Source of the DNA: Macrostomum lignano
Lineage: Eukaryota
Assembly: GCA_002269645.1 (NCBI GenBank)
Contig: NIVC01001823.1
Location: forward strand, 124,001 to 188,000
Reading direction: 5' to 3'
Length of the DNA stretch: 64,000 nt
Below the pieces are notes generated by a model. The model saw only the letters and a program-made list of their open reading frames with translations. It made no database searches and was not told where the DNA came from. Numbering within the stretch: the stretch's first letter is position 1; each line of letters begins with the position of its first letter. Made by a program: the position numbers and the translations under genes. Shown piece by piece: positions 1-46,673 of the stretch.

Positions 1-305
1 ACACAGCATGTCGATCTGTCAGACAGCACTGGAGCCACTGCTCTCATGCTGGCAGCTGATGCAGGTCATCACGAGCTCATTGAGAAACTCATCGATCTCG
101 GTGCGTCAGTGCGTGCTGAAGACAGTCAGGGTCGGACTGCTCTGTCACGAGCATGCGAAGCCGGTCACGTGCGAACAGCCAAGGCTCTGATGGACAGAGG
201 AGCGGATGCGAGTCATCGAGACGGTCGGGGTCTGACGTGTGCGCAGGTGGCAGAGCGATTTGAGCAGCGGCAGGTGCTGCGGCTGCTGGATGCCAGTCGA
301 GCGGG
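1..305 (+). CDS. Ankyrin-repeat exon of the ANK-cGLR gene (5' boundary outside window)
   Basis: Ankyrin consensus repeats; the apparent stop TGA at 307-309 lies inside a GTGAGT donor at 306-311. Confidence 0.85.
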
Positions 306-3300
306 GTGAGTGAGGCGAGAATTGCGCGAATCCTTTCAGTACTGCATCGTGCTTTAGTGAAACATTTCTGTAACTTTATCAGAAAAATCTTGTTAAAATG
401 ATTCAGTTATAAAATGTAAGCCTGCTTGGTTTTAGGAGATGAGGCGAATGCGGGGAGCGGGGACGAGGGTAGACGTGAAGAAGAAAGAAGAGAAGAAAAG
501 GAGTGGACAGAAGAGACCCAGAAAGTTTTTTTGAATTTTACATTTTCGGATGAGGCAAGGGATAATTTTTTGTCTCACAGCGCGGAACGGCGAAAAATGA
601 AGGAGTGAAGCGGGCTCATGTGAAAAACCCGAAAATCCAAATTTTCTTGGGATGTAATGCTTGAGTATAAAGCGAAAAGTCACAATTTTCAGTTTTTCAC
701 TTTATTGCCCAATCGTTCCATTAGCGAGCATGCTGCGTTTTGCACGTTGTCCATTTAGGGCAGTCAGGATGTAAGATGTTTGTCGCGAGTCTGCATTGCC
801 GTCTCTTGCTTCTCCCTTCGGCCGTTCCACTAAATTTGTGGCTTCTCCGGCTCATTGCCAGGGGCGAACGGCTCTCTCTGGCTCATTGCCAGGGGCGAAC
901 GTCTCTCTCTGGCTCATTGCCAGGGGCGAACGACTCTCTCTGGCTCATTGCCAGGGGCGATCAGCTCTTTCTGGCTCATTGCCTGCTTTCTCTCGGTCAT
1001 CTGCTTCTGCCCGCCCACCACTCAGTTTTAACTGAAAACTTCTAACTGTATATTGATGAAGCTGAGCAATCTGGAAGCCACGCGTGAAAAACAATTGGAT
1101 CGGAGTTTCTGAGTCAATGAAGTGATTTTGAGTCAATGAGTCAATCAACTGCTGAGAAAATTGGCTTTACTTCCCCATTGCAGAAGCCCAGAGGTCCGGG
1201 AGGCAGCCGCTCACGGCTTGGATTCAGGTCGCCATCGGTGAGTCTGACCGGTTCGGCTTTCGCTGCCGCATGGCGGATTGGTGCTGCAGCAGCTGCTTTC
1301 TCAGCTCTCCTGCTTGAGATGCCAGTCTGAGTGCTGCAGCAGCTGCCCTCTCAGCTCTCCTGCTTGAGATGCCAGTCTGAGTGCTGCAGCAGCTGCCCTC
1401 TCAGCTCTCCTGCTTGAGATGCCAGTCTGAGTGCTGCAGCAGCTGCCCTCTCAGCTCTCCTGCTTAAGATGCCAGTCTGAGTGCTGCAGCAGCTGCACTC
1501 CCAGCTCTCCTGCTTGAGATGCCAGTCTGAGTGCTGCAGCAGCTGCACTCTCAGCTCTCCTGCTTGAGATGCCAGCTGAGTGCTGCAGCAGCTGCACTCT
1601 CAGCTCTCCTGCTTGAGATGCCAGCTGAGTGCTGCAGCAGCTGCACTCTCACCTCTCCTGCTTGTTTTGTCCATCCAATTCTGAGAAAATCACCCACACG
1701 CATCTCGCATCATTCCAGGCTCTCAGACGACTCCCAGCAAGACAGGCGCCTGAGCGAGGAGCTGCATCGACTGCTTAGAAAGGCGGGATTCACCGAGCAC
1801 AGAGTAAAGCGTCAGCAGAGACTGGCTGATTGGCTGCAAGGAGTCGCTCGAGTCCTCACACAGGATAAAAGAATGATGACGGGCAGCTACGCAGAGGGCT
1901 GGGCCAACAGTCTGGTGCAAGTGAACGGCAGGACAGCTGCAGACTCGGACATTGACTGGACTGTGCTGGTTGATGGGCAAGAGTTCCATCTTGTTAGTGG
2001 GTGCAAAAGAAGAAAGGATTCTTGCAGGGACGCCACTCAGCTGCAGGTCACGGAGGGCCACGCACAGGTGGCAGTGGGAGCAGGTAAGTGAGGCTGGGTT
2101 CATCATCAGAATGCTGAGATCCGCATGCAACTGGAAGCCCATTAACTTTGCTCAATTTTAAATTCGCAACCGAGTGGCGCCCAGCATATAGCAGCTTCTG
2201 TGACTGCGAATGTCGGCTTGGGTGCTGAAACAAACGGCAGGCGAAATTGAAAAGAAAACTCTGATGCCAACTGGCTGAGCCGGGCCATTGGGTTTTGAAT
2301 TCACAGGCTCCGATTGTAGCAGAGAGCTTTTCATAGTGAAATACTCAAAATTCCTAACCAACCGAGAGAAAATCTGCACTTTCAAACCAACACATCTTTT
2401 TCACTCGCCACAATGCGACTCTCCGCTCACTGCGCTCTGCAGGCAGCCAACCTGCAGTGACAGCCACACCGTGCGGTGTGCGGCCTGCACAGGACACGTG
2501 CTATGCAATCCAGTGCTGTAGCAATTTCTGGGAGGACAGAATGGAAAAACTGCTTCCATTCGGTGGTCCTGTTCACCTCGTTCGTGCGACCAGACCGAAC
2601 TCAACCAACGAGCTCAGAGTGAGCTTCAGCTTCCAAGAAAAAGACATCATGAGACGGCTGAGCACAGTCCAGGGCCAGCTGTTCACACTCATCAAGTTCA
2701 TCTTCAAGAGACACTTGCCTGACACTCTGGACACACCTGGACTCAAGACCTACCATGCAAAGACTCTGCTCTTCACAATGCTGAAGAAGCATGGCACAGA
2801 TCCTGAAACTGAGGCTTGGCAGCCCCACAATCTGATCGCTCTGCTCAACGAGTCTCTCGATATGATGCTGAGCTTCATCGACTCGAGCAGCTCGCCCGAT
2901 GAGTGCATGCCGCACTTCTTCATGCCCAACGCTCCGCTCTACTTCAAGAACGCTGGAATCGGCGGCGACTTCGACAACACAAAGGCGAGGGTTCGAAACC
3001 GACTTTTTGAGCTGAGAAGCGACATCAGCGGAGTGGTCGAGCAGTTGAGGAGACACGTGGGACGTCTGCAGTCAGAGAAGTTCTACTTTCACATGTTCAC
3101 TCTGCTGCCTCTGACAGCGCCGCCTGCTGTCACTGAGATCAGGGAAGGAATGTATTCTCCAAAGATGTACTACAAGTTCGCAGACGTGTACAGTGTGGTG
3201 CACCAGTGTATGAGCGAGCTGCAGTCGGAATCGAGCGACAGAGACACCCTGATGAGGCAGCTCAGTCTCTTGCATCGTTTGCAGTGGTGCAAGTGCGCCG

Positions 3301-3914
3301 CCCTGTGCATGACCGCCATGGCGCATTTGAAGTTCAGAGAATCTGAGGAGGCTGAAAGACTTGCGATGGAGCTGCAGAGACATCAGGTTGAGTCAGGGTT
3401 GAAGCCACAGGATATTGAAACAGATAAATTTAGGTCTACTGAATTGCCATCAGACTCAGACTGGGCGTGGAGGTTCTGCCTCCCCTGCGACTGTCCGCCT
3501 CGCTTCCCATTCCTTCCCGAGTTCACGCAGACTCTGTTCACAGCCAGACTGTCGCAGCCTCTCTCCTCCCACCTGTACGTGAACTTCCGCTGCCTGAGCT
3601 GGAGTCTCCAAGCTGAGCTGCTCCGCAATCGCGCAACTGCAATCGCATTCGATCATTGGATTGAACAGCTGCTTGGAGACCCGGACTTGGAGGAGCTGCT
3701 CACTCTGGCTCACTACAGCGACTGCCGCGAGCACGTGGAGCTCAGCCTGCAGCAGATGGAGATGATCGAGAAAGAGAGACGCGTCGCCATGGAGACGCAG
3801 GACGAGGAGAAGATCGGCTGGGTCAGGCAGAAGCTGGAGCGACTGTTTATCTTCGAAGTGATTCTTGGTCAGCATGCATCAGCCTTAAAAATGCAGCGCG
3901 AAATTTTTGTTTAG
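1..3914 (+). CDS. Ankyrin-repeat + cGAS-like/Mab-21 nucleotidyltransferase (cGLR-type) gene, 5'-partial; exons <1-305, 1184-1237, 1719-2083, 2443-3914
   Basis: Frame is open from base 1 with ankyrin repeats (GATALMLAADAGHHELIEKLIDLGA; GRTALSRACEAGHVRTAKALMDRGA). Donors are GTGAGT at 306 and 1238 and GTAAGT at 2084; acceptors are CAG at 1181-1183, 1716-1718 and 2440-2442. The four exons total 2196 nt, in frame. NTase motif GSYAEG...SDID, third Asp in QDTCYAIQC, and Mab-21 motifs LRVSFSFQEK, LKTYHAKTLLF, CMPHFFMPN. Confidence 0.8.
790..975. repeat. ~30-bp tandem repeat (CTCTCTGGCTCATTGCCAGGGGCGAACG-like) in an ANK-cGLR intron
   Basis: About five direct copies visible. Confidence 0.85.
1184..1237 (+). 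CDS. 54-nt linker micro-exon of the ANK-cGLR gene
   Basis: ttccccattgcag acceptor, cg|gtgagt donor, length a multiple of 3, phase 2-2, no stop (GSPEVREAAAHGLDSGRHR). Confidence 0.55.
1285..1662. repeat. ~50-bp tandem repeat (CTCAGCTCTCCTGCTTGAGATGCCAGTCTGAGTGCTGCAGCAGCTGCCCT) in an ANK-cGLR intron
   Basis: About seven direct copies visible. Confidence 0.9.
1719..2083 (+). CDS. NTase catalytic exon of the cGAS-like/Mab-21 domain
   Basis: MMTGSYAEGWANSLVQVNGRTAADSDIDWTVLV; cattccag acceptor; cag|gtaagt donor. Confidence 0.85.
2443..3914 (+). CDS. Mab-21 core/C-terminal lobe plus helical extension, last coding exon
   Basis: The 485-aa ORF carries Mab-21 family motifs; the ctctgcag acceptor is in phase with the donor at 2084. 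Confidence 0.85.
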
Positions 3915-4569
3915 CATGATTGCTGCTAACTGTGATACATAGTGTTTGATATAGATTTTCATGTACATTTGGTTGATTCAATGAGCTGTTTATTCTGAAA
4001 CGCTGCTTTAGTTTAGCTTCTTTTTTTATATATATTTTATATATAGCTTCTATATCTACATCGAAAGCCATGGAGTGCGAGCAGCCCTCCTGCTATGAAC
4101 TGCAGTTTTGAACATTTGTGCTGCAACTCAATTCACACTGCAGGCTAAATTATTTTTCCCTTCAAACTGCGTGTCTGCTTTTATGCGGGCTTTTCTCTGC
4201 GATTTTGTTCTGCGGAATTCAGTACCCAGTTGCCAATGCTTTTTTAAGTAAAATATTCCAGAAAAATGCACATGTAGCTGTTATCTGCATGAACCTTGAA
4301 AATTCAAAGGTCGGCTGGGTCAGGGAGAAGCTGGAGAGACTTGATGCAGCAGCAACTCATAATGTTGGGCTTTGGGCTTTTTGAAAAAAATGTATGGCAC
4401 ATCTTTCTAATCACTTTTAGATGCACTTTTATGGCTTACCATATTGTGTGAACATGCTTCTCATTTACTCATGCACCTGCTCTCAGAATCAGCTCAATAA
4501 GTGTGCAAATTGATTTTACCGTGTACTTTCATTATGTACTAATGTTCCCTGCAGGGACTGCCAGCCTGA

Positions 4570-5650
4570 CAACTCCACTGTCTCCCACTCCTCCCCCACT
4601 GTCTCCCTCTCATCCCCAAGTGTCCCCTGTCCTCCCCCAATGTCCCTCCCCTGGTGTCCCCCACTCCTCCCCCAGTGTCCCTCTGTCCTCCCCCAGTGTG
4701 TCTTCCTCTTCCCCCAGTGTCCCTCTGTCCTCCCCCAGTGTGTCTTCCTATTCCCCCAGTGTCCCTCTGTCCTCCCCCAGTGTGTCTTCCTATTCCCCCA
4801 GTGTCCCCCTATCCTCCCCCAGTGTCCCTCTGTCCTCCCCAGTGTGTCTTCCTATTCCCCCAGTGTCCCCCTATCCTCCCCCAGTGTCCCTCCCCTGGTG
4901 TCCCCCACTCCTCCCCCAGTGTCCCTCTGTCCTCCCCCAGTGTGTCTTCCTCTTCCCCCAGTGTCCCTCTGTCCTCCCCCAGTGTGTCTTCCTATTCCCC
5001 CAGTGTCCCTCTGTCCTCCCCCAGTGTGTCTTCCTATTCCTCCAGTGTCCCCCTCTCCTCCCCCAGTGTCCCCCTCTCCTCCCCCAGTGTCCCCCTCTCC
5101 TCCCCCAGTGTCCCCCTCTCCTCCCCCAGTGTCCCCCTCTCCTCCCCCAGTGTCCCCCTCTCCTCCCCCAGTGTCCCCCTCTCCTCCCCCAGTGTCCCCC
5201 TCTCCTCCCCCAGTGTCCCCCTCTCCTCCCGCAGTGTCCCCCTCTCCTCCCCCAATGTCCCTCCCCTGGTGTCCCCCTCTCCTCCCCCAATGTCCCTCCC
5301 CTGGTGTCCCCTCTCCTCCCCCAGTGTCCTCCTCTCCTCCCCCAGTGTCTCCCTCTCCTCCCTAGTGTTTCCCTCTCCGATCCCCCAGTGTCTCCCTCTC
5401 CTCCCCCAGTGTCTCCCTCTCCTCCCCAGTGTCCCCCTCTCCTCCCCCAGTGTCCCCCTCTCCTTTCCCAGTGTCTCCCTCTTCTCCCCAAGTGTCCCCC
5501 TCTCCTCCCCCAGTGTCTCCTCTCCTCCCCCAGTGTCCCCCTCTCTTTCCCCAGTGTCTCCTCTCCTCCCCAGTGTCTCCCTCTCCTCCCCCAGTGTCTC
5601 CCTCTCCTCCCCCAGTGTCTCCCTCTCCTCCCCCAGTGTCTCCTCTCCTT
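4570..5650. repeat. C-rich ~21-bp minisatellite (CTCCTCCCCCAGTGTCCCCCT and variants)
   Basis: Direct tandem copies; source of several Pro/Ser-rich pseudo-ORFs; the G-rich minus strand has G4 potential. Confidence 0.9.
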
Positions 5651-5903
5651 GAAGTAAGTCAGTGGACAGAGTTGGTGTGGATGTGGGAGGGGGCGCATAT
5701 TGAAGCCAGACTGGCCGAGCAAACTTGCCGGGAGGGGAGGGGAATCGGGATCCTGCCGAGGCTGGGTATGGGTCTGTGTGCATCTGCTCGTGGGGTGAGC
5801 CATACTTAGAGTGAGGGAGGGGTTGCTTCAAGACTGTAATTTCAGCAAATGACCCAACCCAATAAGTCATGCAGTCAAACATTACCAGCTGAATATAAAC
5901 TTT

Positions 5904-6067
5904 GGAGACGCTTTCATTAGACCTAAATTTAATATCGCCTAAATTTCACAACACCTAAAACGGAATTGGGAGTAGTGTGCAGAGATTTTAGGCGTTGTAA
6001 AATTTAAGTGATGTAAAGTCATGTGCTTTAAAGGCGTTGTGAAATTTAGGTCTTATGAAGCGCCCCC
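5904..6067. mobile_element. Short MITE-like element with ~27-bp terminal inverted repeats
   Basis: Left end GGAGACGCTTTCATTAGACCTAAATTT; right end reverse-complements to GGGGGCGCTTCATAAGACCTAAATTTCAC. The same terminal motif occurs at 51580. No TSD identified. Confidence 0.55.
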
Positions 6068-6941
6068 AAGCACTGATTAATATTGATTGATTTTAAGGCT
6101 AGAATCACAATTTTTAAGAATTCAGGTATTAGGAATTCCATAGGATATTACTCCTCCAAAAAGGGGTACTACTCAGAGGCTTGATACCCCAAATAGGGTA
6201 CCTGTCAACAGCGAGAAAAGCACAGCTTGGGTTGTCACTAAGATCCTCAGCCTTCATTTTAGTCAGTTGGGTCCATGGAGGAAACAATAGGATCAAGATC
6301 TTCAATATCTATTCTTTCCTCCATGGTTGGGTCTCAAACAAAACAAAAAACCAAGCATTTAAATGATTCTGTCTGCATCAGAGCATCACCTTTTCCGCTC
6401 AAAAAATAATAGCTCAAAAGTATTGCTCGCTTAAGCAAATGCGAGCCTTTCATGTTGCATAAGCAATCTCTCCCCAGAACGCATCGTTGCGTTAATTTAA
6501 AGTGAATCACGAACTGAGCTTTTAATGGATCAGTATTCCAACAACCCTTCTAGGGGCCCCTGTCAGCTTTGCCTCTAATGAATTGCAGAGGTTGGTTTTT
6601 GCAAGACACATTTCATTTCCATTTGCTAGCTGTCTCATTGTAGAATATTCTGCAAGGTCCAAAAGCCTTTTTATGTTTGACATCGGAATCCTGACTGCCA
6701 ACTGGCTTGTGAGAATTCAATCTTAATTATAAAATCGGACGGTTTATTTAAAAAACAGGGTAGTAAGCTTCGATATCACAGGAAGGAAGCAAGTTGGCCT
6801 AAAAACACAAATATTCTGACTGCAGTTATTGAGCATCTTCCACAGCTAGCAATGGCCTCTGTCGCAAATCATTGAATTCAGATGGGCTTCTGCAAATCGT
6901 ATTTATCATACAAATATGCCCCAGCTCCGCTCCACTGAAGG

Positions 6942-41672
<34,731 letters not shown>

Positions 41673-43701
41673 ATTCTAAAAGCGGACGCAATGCAAAGTT
41701 TGTACTTCGCTATTGCAACTGGATTATTTGTCTATTTTCTCTTTACTCAGATGGTTGAAAAGTCAAATTGGTAAATATTTATCCGAGTCCTCAAAGAAAG
41801 GCTACGAAGCGCACAATGGGGCCACGCATAAAAATGCTTTCAATATTCAGTAATTCGAATTATCGCTCAACTAAGCGAGTAGCAACGTTTGAAGTTAAGT
41901 CCTAAAAAGTTAAATTATAAAACTATCAATTTTTAACTGTAAAATGTTATTTTTACTTTAAAATCAGCATTTTGTGACAGAGTTTAATGCCTATTAATAA
42001 TATTAGTATTTGTTTTATCTACCGCACGTGACTGATAAGTATTAAATCCGGACAATTCTACAAAATTTTGCCCTAGCTTCACCAAATTGCTACACGAATA
42101 GAAAACAATAAATTATAGTGTCTTTTTTAAAAAAACCCACACAAAAATTCGATAACCGGACATAATGAGACTTCAACAGACAGTAACATATTGAACGACA
42201 CCATGCGCATAGAGACTGTGACTACATGCACTGTACGAGCTTCATGTACATGTTATGTGAGACACATTGCAGCTTGTTGTAGATTATGCTTTGTATTTCT
42301 TTTTAACCTTTTCCTTTCCTTTTAATGTTTTACGTATACGTATAAATCGACTCACATCGTAATAATCCAGCTTTAGAAATTTCATATTTGCATAATTTAC
42401 AAAAGACAATCGTTTTGCATATTTTGCATACATGTACATGTATGTTTGCATACAAATTATGCATGCTTGTATTTTTGTCTTCGCAAAAATCTCACACGAC
42501 TGTAGAAATCTGTTAAATCCTAAATAAAAATGACACTGCATGCAATTGAAGTCTTCACTAACCGAATGAATAAGTTGTCAACTTTAACTTGAATTTAAAA
42601 TATGATGTACATGGAAATCCAATCAAATATTTAGGCATTCCAACACGAAGCCCCAAAGCTGTCGCTCGCACCCTTTTGATTTTTAAGAAGATCCGTGTCT
42701 CGTTGAGACTCTCAGTAGCAAATACACCATGATGGTTGCAGAAATGATGTTAATACATGTATAAAGTACCCTAATGGCCTAAAGTATGTACACTGGCGTA
42801 TTGTACTTTGCATTAATTATTTCATGCACATTTACACTCTACAGAAACAGCATCAGTAATTGTAATTTAATCACACCAAATTAAATATCTATACTGATTG
42901 AGTTTGAAGCTTTTATATTTATGCAAATAAATAGCCGCAACCAAAATACAGACAGTGTATTACACTTCAACTTTTTACACATCGCAAACCTGTGAAGTAA
43001 TATATTACTTCAACTATTTCTTATTTTTTAGAGAATAAATGAACTGCAAATGACAAACAATTATTGTACCAGTTAACCGGGATTGTGACAATAATGCCGA
43101 AAATGTCTGTCTGATCTTTAATTAATACGAATGAGCATTGCGATATGAATTGAAAACTATACAGTGCATTGCGAAATATAATTAACTAACATTTTGGTAT
43201 AATGATGAAACCTTACATTTTTTCCTCAAAGCTTAATGACATGACGGACAGGAGACAATTAAGGCGGATATGATCTATAATATCTGATGAATAAAAATGT
43301 TCACAGAGAAATATTAGTTGCTTAATTCTTAGCAAAACCGAATTGTATCAGACAATGCAGGCACTACTGACAGTAACTCATGAAGGGCATTCAGATCTGG
43401 AGACAGGCAAAGGAAATGCAGAAACAAAAAATTAATTGTTTCGGGATAGATAACAGAAATTTAAACAACGAATAAAATGGTTTAAATTTGCTTTAAAACG
43501 ACTCAGGAGAAATGACAATTGAATAAAGGTTCTTTTCGATACATATCGGCTTACGGAAAATGACAAATAATGCGTCTTTTCGATACATATCGGCTTTAGG
43601 AAAATGACAAATAATGCGTCTTTTCGATACATATCGGCTTTGGGAAAAATAACAAACTCAAACGCAGAGTAAACGAATGGCTGAGTCCAGTTCAACTCAA
43701 A

Positions 43702-46673
43702 TCATTCCTGATGCGCTTTGAGTCCAGCTCGAAACGAGTCGCTAACCGAGCCGAGGTACTCGCTCTTAGCCAGCTGCCGGCCGATGAGGCCCACCGTGAC
43801 TGAGCCGCTGAAAAAGATGCAGGGCAGCCAGGCGCGGACGTGAAGAAAGTCCACGGACGGGCGATAGGCGTCAAGACAGATCATGAGCTGGTTCACGGCG
43901 CTGGCCAGCAGGGCGATGACCAGGCTGAGTCCCAGGCCGGGCCGGGAGCCATCGAAGTAGAACCAGAGGCCCAGGCTCATGGTGGCCAGGCACAGGCTGA
44001 GCTGCTCGTGCGACATGAAGTCAATCTTGGCTGTGGCGTGGTTCAGGCCCACGAACAGGGCTACACATCGAATCACCGAGGTCCAATCGTTGTGCTGATC
44101 AGTGACTGGGTTGCCAAGCTGATGGTCCAGAGTCGGATACAGCAGTCCGATGAGCACTGAATGATGAAATAAAATGAAAAACACGATTGAACGATAAAAC
44201 AACTTTCTTAAATTTCCGTTAATAATTGCTACAGTTTCAGGCAGATCTTTGTACTTTGTACTTGACGCATGACATGTGATTTATATTGCTTTTTAAATTG
44301 CTTTCAGACTTGGACCCGTGATATGCCAAGCCCAAAGTTTATGCGTTTGTGTATAAAGAATAAAAATAGCACCATTTTTTAAAGCGAAGCGCCCCGACTG
44401 CCGCCCACCCACGTTATCTGCTTGTGATAAGACCGTGTTTAATTAGAAATCAGAAATATTACAGCTTGTAACACGTGACAATTTTCAAGTATTAAAGGGC
44501 AAACTTGTAAATATCAGCAAGTCAATTCATGCGAACTGCAAAAGCCTGTAGGACTTTTCTGTAGGTCCGTAACGGACTGTTCAGCCTGTGCTGATGCAGC
44601 GCCACTGTCTTTAATTACTTTAAATAAGATTGAAGTGGAGAAACTCATTGAACTGTTTGTTTTTCAGCCCACCCAGTTCAAACCGTTCAAGTGTCACGCG
44701 ATTTAAAAAAACTCCAGACTGTAACGCAAACGACTTTACCCGTTCCTTTAAAAGTCAGGCTATTTTGTCAACCCCGCCGCCCAAGTTCAGCTGCGCGCTT
44801 TGCACAGGGTACAATGTACATTGGACAAACACTCACCACCCCCAGACTGAATGTAGAGTGCGGGCGAACTGAGAAAATGGCCAGGCGCCCCCCCAGGTCC
44901 GCACCACAAATTTAAGTTGAGTGTAGAGTGGCGTGTCATTCTTATGATACTCCCAAAGAGGGCATGGAGTGCATATGGGCAGCTCAAACTAGAAATCTGG
45001 TCTGGGTACAGACGACAGAGCATTACTTTTTTCTGCAACTCTGCAAGCCATTAGCCAAGCAAGTAGAAATGATACTTTTGATGCCATGAGCTGAGAAGAG
45101 AGGGACATTAGACTATTAGAGTGAACGCATTTTTTATTCGTATATTTTTCACAAAATAATCAATAATGACAGTTATGTACGCCGTACGGTACATACATGT
45201 ATGTACCAAACCTGAAACCTCAGGATCACTCACTACAGCAGCAAAAGCAAGAGCTCTTACTGCTCTTTAAATTTAAAGGCAAAGCTGAACCAATCAATTA
45301 TTGCATACTTAAAGCATAACAGTTCTATAATAAAACTAACTTTACTAATTGAATGCATAAAAACTTTTTATTCTGCATTTGACCTTAAACAACTTCAAAT
45401 CTTTTTGCAAAGTTGTTTGTGGAGATAGGAAATTTATTTAGCCTTGAAACGAGTCCAAACTTTTACAAATTAGAATCAAATTCACAGAGAAGTTTTTAAA
45501 GCTGGTAATCTATTTTGGCTACCTGTTTTTTCTGTTAAGTCTTCCAATCTAAAGCAAACAGCCCTATTACTACTGTAGATTGACTTTTCTAGAACTCCCT
45601 GGTTCTTAGGGTGGGAGCGGCGCAAATCGCCTCAATGCGTACTTTGGGGGCCAAACACGCCACAGCTGAGGGAACCCCCCCCTCCCTCCCCTCCTCTTTC
45701 GCGTCGCATCACGCCATCAATACGTGGCTGTGCGCGTCTTCTCGCGTGTCGCGTTTCATTTCACCCCACCCGTCAGGGGAGGGAGAGTGGGGGGAGGACG
45801 GGCGAACTTGGTTGGCCGGAAAATCCAACGCTTAGCCGACCATTTAGAAGAATAAACCAAGGTCAGAGTGGGACCTCAGGGGAATCCCCAGCGCGCTCAC
45901 CCCACCAGCCCCACCCCATGTTCTAAATTTAGCCCGTACAATGATGGCACTACAAACTGTAAGCCAAAGCGAGATGGTGAGACACAAGAAAGGACAAGGG
46001 ACCTCAAAGTATTCATTCTCTGCGATCGCTCGTTTTGTCTAAATGTCTGAACTCAAAAATATAACGTTCTCTAATGTTTTCTAATATTTCGTATTAATAA
46101 CTCCTTTCTCCTGTAATCGCTTTGGATGACTCGCTTTCTTTAATATTAATCCTTGGATTTGATTTTGGCATAAAAATCGAGTATCAAACATCAAAAAAAA
46201 GAATCGTCAATCAACAGTCAAGGAGTCAACACACCTAATGGTAACGAATTTTAATTAGGTCAGCAAACCTTCAGTTTGGGTCATTAGTAGCTTTGAGTCC
46301 AGAGTTTTTGTCTTAGTGGCTTAGTGAGTCACGACTCACCAGTCACAAAATTCAAAATTGATTGACATAAGAAAATTTGAAAATGACATTTCTTGGCTTG
46401 TTCAGTGACTTCAGTCGTCAAGACGAGAAAGAAAAAGTCAAGAAATTTCTTAGAAATCCCTTCCTAAGTCTGTTAATAGCGCAGATAAACCAGAAACTCA
46501 CCAGAAGAGATGCCGCATACGGGCGGCACCCACATGCCTGACTTGATGAGGCCGAGCCACTCCGAGGTGATCAAAGTGTGACTCCGCTGAGCCTGGATCA
46601 CGTTAATCAGCAGGCTGACGCCGACGCCCAGCAGGAACAACAGGCAGACTCGGATGATGAATTTCACCGACAT
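43702..46673 (-). CDS. INSIG: Insulin-induced gene protein (INSIG), exons 46673-46502 and 44156-43702, 208 aa
   Basis: VCLLFLLGVGVSLLINVIQAQR...MWVPPVCG, then VLIGLLYPTLD...DWTSVIRCVALFVGLNHATAKIDF...LSLGLWFYFDGSRPGLG...RAWLPCIFFSGSVTVGLIGRQLA; phase-1 GT-AG intron; 627 nt. Confidence 0.93.

Noticed and set aside
4503-5882. Long Pro/Ser-rich or Gly/Arg-rich ORFs (up to 384 aa); an AG at ~4552 and a GTAAGT at ~5655 bracket the repeat
   Set aside because: All frames on both strands are open only because the C-rich unit lacks stops; there is no domain content and no in-phase partner exon was found.
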